Assembly (NCBI GenBank): GCA_002683785.1
Contig: NYUB01000088.1
Coordinates: forward strand, 5,160-61,339
Direction of reading: 5' to 3'
DNA length: 56,180 bases
Origin: Deltaproteobacteria bacterium
GTDB lineage: Bacteria > SAR324 > NAC60-12
Below the pieces are notes generated by a model that made no database searches, was not told the origin of the DNA, and saw only the letters and a program-made list of their open reading frames with translations. Numbering within the stretch: position 1 is the stretch's first letter; every line of letters starts with the position of its first letter. Position numbers and translations under genes: made by a program. This document shows positions 38,688-47,082 of this stretch, one piece after another.

Positions 38688-40070
38688 TCAACAGGTGTAA
38701 AGGTGAGGATTACAGTCCTGAACGAAGGGCTGAAGGGTCTCCAGTGTTTCATCAAAGGTTGTCAGTACCTGTTCAACCTCGGCTTCTGCCATCGGTGTCG
38801 AGAGGATCAGGAGTCCACGGCTGCTGGAAAATATTCCGCGGTTTATCAGTTCAAGATGCAGCAGTTTTGGCAGTTGTCCACACTGCTCCTGAGCACGAAC
38901 GACGTCCCCGGCATTCATGATTTCATCCTCCGTCCAGTGAAGTCCGATGACCGAACCAATGCCTGTGGCCTGGGCCCGGAAACCCTTGCGGCTGAATGCC
39001 TCAGAGATGCCGTCGCGTATCTTTTTTCCCATGCCGTTGAGACGTTCAATTTCGTCAGGGTCATAGAGTTCCAGGGTTGTCAGCCCTGCGGCCATGGTCA
39101 GGTGGTTGCCGTTGAAGGTTCCTGAATGGGAGATGGATTCGGGCTGATCTGGATCGAAAAGCTTCATGATCTCTTGACGTCCACCAAAAGCCCCGACCGC
39201 GAGACCTCCTCCAATGATCTTACCGAAAGCCGTCAGGTCTGGACGGAGTCCTTCCATTTCCTGCATTCCACCGTGATGCATGCGGAAACTGATCACCTCG
39301 TCAAAAATCAGCAACACGCCGTAATGTTGCGTCAGTTCGCGAAGCCCCTTGAGATAACCCCTTGCGGGTGTCACTACCCCTCCGGCACCAAGCATGGGTT
39401 CCACGATCAAGGCTGCAGTTTGTTCTTGATTTCGTTTCAGTATTTCTTCCACGGCATCGAGGGAGTTAAAAGGCACCACATCGACTTCGGAAAGGACGGA
39501 CCGGGGCACCCCACGGCTGTTCAGACGGGGTTGATGCATTCGCTCCGGATCAGCAGAGGCATGAACGCTGACTTCCACATAATCATGGGTCCCGTGGTAA
39601 CCCCCGTCGATCTTGATCACACGCTCCCGGCCGCTGAATGCCCGTGCTGCACGGAGGGCGAACATCGTGGCTTCCGTCCCTGAATTGCAATAACGCAGTT
39701 GATCCAACGTGGACACACGGCTGCACAGATGTTCTGCATGGAGGATCTGCATTTCAGATGGGGCACCGAAGACGGTACCGCGTTCCAGTTCCTGCCGGGT
39801 GCTCTCCATCACACGTGGATGGGCATGGCCATGGACCAGCGAGGAATAGTTGTTGAGCAGGTCCAGATAGTGATTGCCATCCAGATCGGTAAGCCTGCAG
39901 CCCCTGCCGCGCTGCATGTATAGCGGATAGGGGGAAAAGTGGGTCGCCGAACGAGTGTCCCCGCCGGGCAGACGGTTTCCGGCCCGCTGATGTTGTACCA
40001 GGGATTGAGCGCTTTTTTCCCGGTAGCGCTGAAGGATGGATTGGAAAACCGGATGAGTTTCTTCTTTCAT
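38688..40070 (-). CDS. Class III PLP aminotransferase (GSA-mutase-like fold, beta-amino-acid transaminase-like)
   Basis: LPGGDTRS, NSGTEA, GGYHG, FDEVISFR, FGKIIGGG (PLP Lys) and HSGTFNGN motifs; lacks the HemL GVNSPVRA signature. Confidence 0.85.
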   Translation of the reverse strand: MKEETHPVFQSILQRYREKSAQSLVQHQRAGNRLPGGDTRSATHFSPYPLYMQRGRGCRLTDLDGNHYLDLLNNYSSLVHGHAHPRVMESTRQELERGTVFGAPSEMQILHAEHLCSRVSTLDQLRYCNSGTEATMFALRAARAFSGRERVIKIDGGYHGTHDYVEVSVHASADPERMHQPRLNSRGVPRSVLSEVDVVPFNSLDAVEEILKRNQEQTAALIVEPMLGAGGVVTPARGYLKGLRELTQHYGVLLIFDEVISFRMHHGGMQEMEGLRPDLTAFGKIIGGGLAVGAFGGRQEIMKLFDPDQPESISHSGTFNGNHLTMAAGLTTLELYDPDEIERLNGMGKKIRDGISEAFSRKGFRAQATGIGSVIGLHWTEDEIMNAGDVVRAQEQCGQLPKLLHLELINRGIFSSSRGLLILSTPMAEAEVEQVLTTFDETLETLQPFVQDCNPHLYTC

Positions 40071-40155
40071 AAAAATCTCCCAATGGATGAATCATGAAAC
40101 ATGGTTTTCAGTGTTTCACGGATCCGGAATCATGTCGTCATAAATCCAGTTTCCT

Positions 40156-41736
40156 TCAGGATTTAAATACATCAAGCTCTGAGGGAATGGCTTCGAGAAT
40201 GCTTCCCTCACGCAACAGTCTCGCCGCGGTTTCGATAGGCAACGTCAGCGATTCATCATGGTCAAGATAGGGTACCTCCTCACGGACCCGCTGATAGACC
40301 TTTGCAGTCACGGAACCCAGATCCTGCGGATCCCGGCAGTCGGCGGCCTGACAGCCGCAGAGCAGTTCATACCCCAAAATGTAATACGCATTTCCAAGAA
40401 TTTCCCGGGCCCGGAGGGCGGCCACCAGGCCGAAGGATACATGATCCTGGAAATCTCCCGTTGATGGCAGCGTCTGAATCGATACAGGAACGCAGAGTGA
40501 ACGGTTTTCCGCCGTCAGGGAGGTGGCCGCATACTGTCCGCCCATCATACCGTGCCTCAATCCCGGATTTTCACGGCAGAGAAAAGGCGGCAGCCCATGA
40601 TTGTGACCAGGATCGAGGAAGCGGTCGGTACGCCGGTCTGAGAGGTTGCTCATGGTCGTGAGAACGATGGAAAGCTGATCCATGGCGTTGGCAATATACT
40701 GTCCATGGAAGTTGGCATTGTGATAGGCTTCCCCCCGTTCTACGACAATCAGAGGGTTGTCATTCGTCGAGTTGAGTTCGGTTTCTACCGTCCCTCGAAC
40801 ACTGCTCAAGGTATCCACCACCGGCCCCAGAATCTGGGGTGTTGCTCTGATGGTATAAGGATCCTCTATCTGTTGATCCATTCCCTGGGGCTGCTCACTC
40901 TTGAGTTGCTGAAGCCAACGTTCCACCTCCTCATCCTGGACCACCATTTTGCTGTCAGAAAGGATGTCGAAGATGGCTGCGGCCACCCGGATTTGTCCCG
41001 GATGAGGCTTGTTTTCATGTGCCGCAGGGTGAAAGGGCATGATCTTGCCTTTGAGCGTTTCAATGCTCAGGGCGGAAACCAGCAAATAACTGTTGACCAG
41101 CTTTTGGGCTTCTTCCGTGATGCATGCTGCCACCCCGGTCATGGCCGAAGTCCCGTTGATCAGCGCTAAACCCTCCTTGTAATTCAGCCGCATGGGTTCA
41201 AGTCCTGCTTTTTCCAGTGCTTTTCCTCCTTCAATGATCTCTCCCCCGCAGCGTGCCAGCCAGTGGCCGGTTCCAACCAGGGCAATATAAGCCAAAGGCC
41301 CAAGATCTCCGCTGGCACCCAGAGAACCCTTCTCAGGAATGCAGGGGACAATACCCGCGTTGTATAGCTCGACATACTTGCGATAATTTTCGAAGGAAAT
41401 GCCGGAAACCCCGCGGCCCAGTGAATTCAACCGGGCCAGCATCGCAGCACGGACATAGGTGTCATCAAGGTAGGGGCCCACATTGGAAGTAACCCCGCGC
41501 AGGATGTTGTTCTGAAGTTGTTCAGCAAGGTGAGGTGGAACAAGCCAGTTGACAAAACCGCCCACTCCGGTGGTGACTCCGTAGATAATTCTTCCTGATT
41601 CCACAAAACGGTCCAGAAGTTCGCGTGATTCACGAACCCGTTTCTCGATCTCCGTGGAGATTTCAATCCGAATCTTTGGATTTCCTGAAATCTCTGAAAT
41701 GCCTCTGACGCTGAGGGTCGCTCCGTCCAGTATCAT
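40156..41736 (-). CDS. MIO-dependent aromatic amino acid aminomutase/ammonia-lyase, AdmH/EncP-like, copy 1 (526 aa)
   Basis: Same motifs as copy 2, including the ASG MIO triad; GGAGG RBS before ATG 41736. Confidence 0.9.
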   Translation of the reverse strand: MILDGATLSVRGISEISGNPKIRIEISTEIEKRVRESRELLDRFVESGRIIYGVTTGVGGFVNWLVPPHLAEQLQNNILRGVTSNVGPYLDDTYVRAAMLARLNSLGRGVSGISFENYRKYVELYNAGIVPCIPEKGSLGASGDLGPLAYIALVGTGHWLARCGGEIIEGGKALEKAGLEPMRLNYKEGLALINGTSAMTGVAACITEEAQKLVNSYLLVSALSIETLKGKIMPFHPAAHENKPHPGQIRVAAAIFDILSDSKMVVQDEEVERWLQQLKSEQPQGMDQQIEDPYTIRATPQILGPVVDTLSSVRGTVETELNSTNDNPLIVVERGEAYHNANFHGQYIANAMDQLSIVLTTMSNLSDRRTDRFLDPGHNHGLPPFLCRENPGLRHGMMGGQYAATSLTAENRSLCVPVSIQTLPSTGDFQDHVSFGLVAALRAREILGNAYYILGYELLCGCQAADCRDPQDLGSVTAKVYQRVREEVPYLDHDESLTLPIETAARLLREGSILEAIPSELDVFKS

Positions 41737-41833
41737 GAATTCTTCCTCCATCCGGGGGTATTTGAAAAACCTTTCATTCGATGGTATCAGAGATTTAGAG
41801 ATGTTATCTTGCAAAGATTCCAGTAAAATTTTA

Positions 41834-41876
41834 TTTGATGAAATAATTAATCATAAATTATTAGTTTGATGAAATA
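41834..41876. promoter_or_regulatory. Putative Lrp-family operator (direct repeat)
   Basis: TTTGATGAAATA at 41834-41845 and 41865-41876 (31-bp period) in the AT-rich divergent intergenic region. Confidence 0.55.
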
Positions 41877-41878
41877 TT

Positions 41879-42367
41879 ATGTCAATACGGCTGGATAATT
41901 ATGATTTAAACATTCTGGATGAACTTCAAAACCGTGGACGTCAAAGCAATGCGGACCTGGCCGAAAAAGTTCACCTCTCTGCTTCGCAATGCCTGCGTCG
42001 AGTACGACGTCTCGAGGAACAGGAAGTGATTCGATCTTATGCCGCATTGCTGAATCCGGAAGCTTTGGGCCTGGGCATTCAGGCATTCATCCACATCACT
42101 TTGGAGAAACACGATGAAGATCCAGCGAAGGTGTTTTCAGAAGAAATCAAGGATTGGGAAGAGGTCTTGGCATGTTGGGCAATAACGGGCGATACTGATT
42201 ACCTGATGCATGTTGTTGCACCTAACCTGAAAATTTTTTCGGAACTTGTGCTGAAAAGGCTGCTGGCTCAGCCGATGGTGGCCTCAGTCAAATCCAGCAT
42301 CCTGCTTGAGGAACTGAAAGCCACGAATGTATTGCCTTCAACTCATCTGGTAGGAAATACTGAATAA
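41879..42367 (+). CDS. Lrp/AsnC family transcriptional regulator
   Basis: LDNYDLNILDELQNRGR, LSASQCLRRVRRLEE and ITGDTDYL motifs. Confidence 0.95.
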   Translation: MSIRLDNYDLNILDELQNRGRQSNADLAEKVHLSASQCLRRVRRLEEQEVIRSYAALLNPEALGLGIQAFIHITLEKHDEDPAKVFSEEIKDWEEVLACWAITGDTDYLMHVVAPNLKIFSELVLKRLLAQPMVASVKSSILLEELKATNVLPSTHLVGNTE

Positions 42368-42372
42368 ACGGG

Positions 42373-43764
42373 TTAAAGTTGATCCCTAGCGCTGCGGAGG
42401 GCGGTGCGCAGACCTTCTTCGATGACGGGATGGTAGAAGGGCATGGAGAGCATCTGGGGGAGGGTCATTTGTTGCTGATGGGACCAAGCCAACAGGTGGG
42501 CCAGGTGTTCGACACTTGGGCCAACGGCTTCCATGCCGAGCAGGCGTCCACTGCCCCGTTCGGCATAGAGATGAAGGCATCCCCGGTTTTGGAGCATCAC
42601 CCTGCTTCGCCCCTGACCTTCGAAGGACACACGTCCTGTGACAAAATCCCTGTCCTGGAGTTCCCTCCAGCTTTGGCCGACCACTGCTAGTTGTGGGTCG
42701 GTGAAGACGATGGTCATAGGGCTTCTTCGTTGGCCTTCACGGATTTTCGGATAACGTCCCGCATTGTCTCCGGCAAGCTTTCCTTCGTCGGCGGCTTCGT
42801 GCAACACGGTCAGGGTGTTGTTGACGTCTCCTGCTATGAATACTGGAGAATTACCGCACTGCATGGTCAATGGATTGAAAATAGGTATCCCGTGGTGATC
42901 CAGTTCAACAGAGGTTTTTCCCAGTTCGAGTTCTGTGAGATTGGGGGTTCTTCCAGTGGCCGCCAGAATCTGTTCAAACTCTTCTTCCTCTGGAGCTGAA
43001 TTAGCATCTTTCCGAAAACAGACCTTGACTCCGTTTTCGGTTGCTTCGACATTTTCTACCATTACTGGAGCACAAAACGGGAAGTCGGTGGAAAAAACCT
43101 GCTCTGCATTTTGCAGAACCGCAGGATCCGTGATTGGTCCCGTTCTCAAACTGCGTCCAAAAAGACGAACTCGCACTCCGAGCCGATGCAGGGCTTGTCC
43201 GAGTTCCAGAGCGATCACTCCCGCACCAAAGACTGCTACTGACTGGGGCAATGTTTTCCATTCGAAAACATCATCATTGACCACGACACGATCTCTCACT
43301 CCCTTGAGAAAATCGGGAATCAATGGAGAAGTTCCTGAAGCAATCACCACCCGCTGAACGTGAATCTGTGCGCTTTCTATTTCAAGCACAGAATCCTCAA
43401 GGAATCTTGCCTGTCCCGAAACACGGTGTTTAGGGTCGATCTGCTCCACTCCATCGAGGACAAATCCGACAAACCGGTCTCGTTCTCTGCGCACCCGTTC
43501 CATCACGGCTTCCCCATCAATCCTGACCGTTCCTGGATGGACACCAAAGCCGGGAGCTTTTTGCATCCCATGGGCAGCTTCGGCAGCAGCGATCAGCAGC
43601 TTGCTTGGCATGCATCCAACCCGGGCACAGGTGGTGCCGTGGGGACCGCGTTCGATGAGTGCAATGCGGTCGGTATGCTCACGTGCTGCACGGAAGGCGG
43701 GGAGACCCGCAGAACCAGCACCAATGATGGCTACATCGAGTTCAGAAGGAATGGTATTCAGCAT
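42373..43764 (-). CDS. Dihydrolipoamide dehydrogenase-like pyridine nucleotide-disulfide oxidoreductase
   Basis: IIGAGSAG, TTCARVGCMPSK, GAGVIALE and PFYHPVIEEG motifs; start probably ATG 43764. Confidence 0.85.
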   Translation of the reverse strand: MLNTIPSELDVAIIGAGSAGLPAFRAAREHTDRIALIERGPHGTTCARVGCMPSKLLIAAAEAAHGMQKAPGFGVHPGTVRIDGEAVMERVRRERDRFVGFVLDGVEQIDPKHRVSGQARFLEDSVLEIESAQIHVQRVVIASGTSPLIPDFLKGVRDRVVVNDDVFEWKTLPQSVAVFGAGVIALELGQALHRLGVRVRLFGRSLRTGPITDPAVLQNAEQVFSTDFPFCAPVMVENVEATENGVKVCFRKDANSAPEEEEFEQILAATGRTPNLTELELGKTSVELDHHGIPIFNPLTMQCGNSPVFIAGDVNNTLTVLHEAADEGKLAGDNAGRYPKIREGQRRSPMTIVFTDPQLAVVGQSWRELQDRDFVTGRVSFEGQGRSRVMLQNRGCLHLYAERGSGRLLGMEAVGPSVEHLAHLLAWSHQQQMTLPQMLSMPFYHPVIEEGLRTALRSARDQL

Positions 43765-43872
43765 GAGGGGGCTCTTTCCTAAGTCATTCACGATTCTGGA
43801 GTGAACTGTTTCAGCCACTCCAACGAATGACACCAGCTTAATCAGTGGAAGGCATTCACAACAAGTTATTCT

Positions 43873-45717
43873 TCAGAGGTATCCTGAAGCCTGGAGGCTG
43901 AACAGTTCGGCATATTGACCTCCTTGTTTCAGCAGTTCTTCGTGCGGGCCATCTTCCAGCAAGGTACCTTCATGGAGTACGAGGATGCGGTCCGCCATCC
44001 TTACGGTCGAGAAGCGGTGGGAGATGAGTACCGCGCATTTGCCTTCGGTCAGTTCCACAAAACGGTTGAAGATCTGGTGTTCGGCACGTGCATCCAAAGC
44101 AGCAGTGGGTTCGTCGAGGATCAACAACTCGGCGTCTCGCATGTAGGCCCTTGCCAGTGCGATTTTCTGCCACTCACCTCCAGAAAGGTTGGTGCCTTTA
44201 CGGAACCAGCGTCCGATTCGCTGCTCGTAACCTTCAGGCAGGCGTTCGATAACCCGATCAGCAAGACTGCGTCTTGCAGACTCGGCAATCCGTTCATGGT
44301 CATCCATGGCTTCGATCCGGCCAACGGCAATATTCTCGGACGCAGTCAGATGGTATCGAACGAAATCCTGAAAAATAACTCCCACTGCATGGCGCAATTC
44401 TTTGAGATCATAATCACGAAGATCCCTGCCGTCGAGCAGGATTCGCCCTTTGCTTGGATCATGCAGGCGTGTGAGCAGTTTGACCAGAGTGGTTTTGCCC
44501 GCACCGTTTTCTCCAACCAACGCCAGTTTTTCCTGGGGACCCAACCTGAAGGAAACATTCCTAAGTACTGATTGATCACTGTTTGGATAATGAAAACTGA
44601 CGTTTTCGAAGACAAATCCCTCACGGACAGGTTTTGGAAAGGGAAGTGCTCCAGACTTTGAACGGATATCCGGTTGGAGGCTGAAAAAATCAAAAAGGTC
44701 CCTGAGATGAAGAGCACTTTCAGCTATAGAAGAAAAACGGTTGAGCACACTTTCCATCAGAGTACGCATACGCAGGAAGGAACCCGAGAGGAATGTCAGA
44801 TCGCCCAAACTCAATTGCCCATGTACCGTCTGGAAGATGATGACGGCAAACGCCGTGTAGTATCCGATGCTGCCCAGCAGGGAAAGCCCTCCGCCCCAGG
44901 CGGCCCGCCTTAGGGTAAGGGAGCGATTGGCTGAGTAATAATCCCAGGCCAGTTTGCGGTAACGGTCCTTGAGGAAATCTGCGAGTCCAAAGATCTTCAC
45001 CTCCTTTGCGGTTTCGTCACTGGCTCCGGCATAACGCAGGTAATCCAACTCGCGGCGTTCCTCCGTCCATCCATACATCAGGGAATAGCTCTGTCCGGTG
45101 AAATGCGTCTCTCCCAGAAACGCTGGGATTAACGCCACCGCAAGCAGCATCAGAAGCCATGGATTGAATGCAATCAGTGCCAGAGATAAGGTGACCACCG
45201 TCATCAGATCCTGGATCTGATTTAGGCTTTGAGACATGAGCAAAATACGGTTGGAAGCTTGACGGCGGGCACGTTCCAGCTTGTCGTAGAATTCAGCATC
45301 CTCAAAATGAGCGATGTCCAGCTTGGTTGCATGGTCCATCAGACGTAGAGAGATGTCGTGGGAAACCAAGTCGCCCAGCAGGCTGTCTGCCACGGCGATC
45401 CCGCGCCCGATGAGGTCTGTCGATGCGGCCAGACCCAGCTCGATCAGAACCAGTATTCCGACTCGTTCGAAATCTGGCTCGCTGGCCGAGGTCAGAAAGA
45501 CGACTTCATCGATGATCAGCTTGCCTAGGTAAAGCATGCCCAAGGGAAGTAATGCCCGAAGGCTCCGTAAACCTGCGTTCATGGCACTGAGAACAGGACT
45601 GCATTCCCAGATCAGATGGAAAAAACTAGGCAGATTTCGAAGCGCCTGAAGGCGTTCAGAAAGGCTTAACTGCTGTGGTTCAGAATGGACTCCACCTTGT
45701 TTTTTGCTGACAGCCAC
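43873..45717 (-). CDS. ABC exporter, fused TMD + NBD
   Basis: TM N-terminal half; GENGAGKTT, LSGGEWQKIALAR, LDEPTAALD and ISHRFSTV motifs. Confidence 0.92.
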   Translation of the reverse strand: MAVSKKQGGVHSEPQQLSLSERLQALRNLPSFFHLIWECSPVLSAMNAGLRSLRALLPLGMLYLGKLIIDEVVFLTSASEPDFERVGILVLIELGLAASTDLIGRGIAVADSLLGDLVSHDISLRLMDHATKLDIAHFEDAEFYDKLERARRQASNRILLMSQSLNQIQDLMTVVTLSLALIAFNPWLLMLLAVALIPAFLGETHFTGQSYSLMYGWTEERRELDYLRYAGASDETAKEVKIFGLADFLKDRYRKLAWDYYSANRSLTLRRAAWGGGLSLLGSIGYYTAFAVIIFQTVHGQLSLGDLTFLSGSFLRMRTLMESVLNRFSSIAESALHLRDLFDFFSLQPDIRSKSGALPFPKPVREGFVFENVSFHYPNSDQSVLRNVSFRLGPQEKLALVGENGAGKTTLVKLLTRLHDPSKGRILLDGRDLRDYDLKELRHAVGVIFQDFVRYHLTASENIAVGRIEAMDDHERIAESARRSLADRVIERLPEGYEQRIGRWFRKGTNLSGGEWQKIALARAYMRDAELLILDEPTAALDARAEHQIFNRFVELTEGKCAVLISHRFSTVRMADRILVLHEGTLLEDGPHEELLKQGGQYAELFSLQASGYL

Positions 45718-45862
45718 GGATAAGAAAATAGAAGGGGTTCTCTTGAAGTGAATCAGTCTTTCACAAGAAAACCAGTCATTATATAAGCGATTAAAACATC
45801 ATATAATCATAGCAGAGGATCTTCGTGCTTGCTGAAGAAATGCCCCAGGGTTGACGATACCC

Positions 45863-45891
45863 TTGACGCAGGAACTGCGAAGTCCTATGAT
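45863..45891 (+). promoter_or_regulatory. Sigma70-type promoter
   Basis: TTGACG-N17-TATGAT. Confidence 0.65.
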
Positions 45892-45923
45892 GTTCTTGTG
45901 GTGCCAAACCGACCATGATGTTG

Positions 45924-45968
45924 AAAAAAGGCTGTTCTGAGTGATGCTTCAGGACAGCCTTTTTTTTT
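45924..45968 (+). terminator. Intrinsic terminator in the leader of the EamA gene
   Basis: AAAAAAGGCTGTTCTGA-GTGATGCT-TCAGGACAGCC followed by a long T run. Confidence 0.8.
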
Positions 45969-46026
45969 AGGTTTTTTCATCAGGTATTTCGGTCCTCCGG
46001 ATTATTTACTGAATCACACATTTCCT

Positions 46027-46938
46027 TTGCACTTTCCCCCTTACCTCCTGGTTCCTCTGTTCATCATCGGGGGAGGATTGTATGCCATTCCATACCAGAT
46101 CAGTCTTAAGACGATGGATCTGATGAGTGCTGTCTGTGGCGTCTTTCTTTTTGCACTCATTTTTTCAGTTCCCGGAGCCTGGATTCATCGTGCAAACATA
46201 GTCTTGGGCAAAAAAACCCTACTAGGTATTGTTGCGGTGGCCCTGTTTGGAATTGCAGGAAACTATGCCCTATGCCGTGCGCTGGAAGAAAGCTCGGCTA
46301 CCCTTTTTATGGTGATTGCCCGTACTGAAATCGTGATGGCCATGATCCTTGGGTGGTTGTTTTTACACGAAAGGGTATCCCTTCGTTTATGGATCGGAGT
46401 GATGCTGGTGATGGTTGGGGTGACGGTAATGAAATCGGAAGGGTTGAGCATTCCCACCGATAGCTTGTTTCCAGTCCTCTGGGCTTTTGGATGTGCACTA
46501 GCCTTTGCCCTGATCCAGGTGATTTCCAAGGCCATCATCCATTTGGTGGATCCCCAGGTACTCAATGTGAGTCGACTGGTTATTGCGACTTTCCTCCTTT
46601 TGCTTTCAACGGAGATTCGGAATGACCTCGAAGGGCTTACATTTTCAGAATGGAGCATGCTTGGGATGGCGGCTTTTTTTGGCCCTTTCATGGGCCGTGT
46701 TGCCTACACCTATGCGCTGAAACACATAACCATCGCCAAAGCCATGCTGCTCGGAATGTTTTCCCCATTGCTGACCCTGATGCTCGAATACCTGATATAC
46801 GGAACAATGATCAGTCCATCAGAAATGGGAGGATCGGCAATAATCATCCTTGGCATTCTTTGGTCTTTCCTGCCTTCACTGGTGAATAATTCCTACAGAT
46901 CGGTACCCCCCACTCCTGAAGATAGAAGGCCCGATTGA
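46027..46938 (+). CDS. DMT/EamA family transporter
   Basis: About 10 TM helices in two repeats, with a LFLHERVS-type motif. Confidence 0.85.
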   Translation: MHFPPYLLVPLFIIGGGLYAIPYQISLKTMDLMSAVCGVFLFALIFSVPGAWIHRANIVLGKKTLLGIVAVALFGIAGNYALCRALEESSATLFMVIARTEIVMAMILGWLFLHERVSLRLWIGVMLVMVGVTVMKSEGLSIPTDSLFPVLWAFGCALAFALIQVISKAIIHLVDPQVLNVSRLVIATFLLLLSTEIRNDLEGLTFSEWSMLGMAAFFGPFMGRVAYTYALKHITIAKAMLLGMFSPLLTLMLEYLIYGTMISPSEMGGSAIIILGILWSFLPSLVNNSYRSVPPTPEDRRPD

Positions 46939-47082
46939 ACCTTATAAATAATGGAGGTTTTATCCAGGGTCCTTTCGGGCTAGGCTTTGGGCATGTTCTC
47001 AGAAAAATTGAACGATGATAGAGAAGTCAGTCCGTCAGCGCTGTTTTTCGATTTCGTGTTCAAGCAGATGACCCGGCAGTTT

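Noticed and set aside
38476-38691. 71-aa track ORF as a real small protein
   Set aside because: Better explained as one frame of the decayed CoA-ligase gene.
38688-40070. Calling the aminotransferase hemL (GSA 2,1-aminomutase)
   Set aside because: The GVNSPVRA signature is missing and there is no tetrapyrrole gene context.
36762-41736. Calling the MIO genes histidine ammonia-lyase (hutH)
   Set aside because: They lack the HAL SH specificity motif (they have RGV), no hutUIG genes are nearby, and the motifs match the AdmH/EncP clade better.
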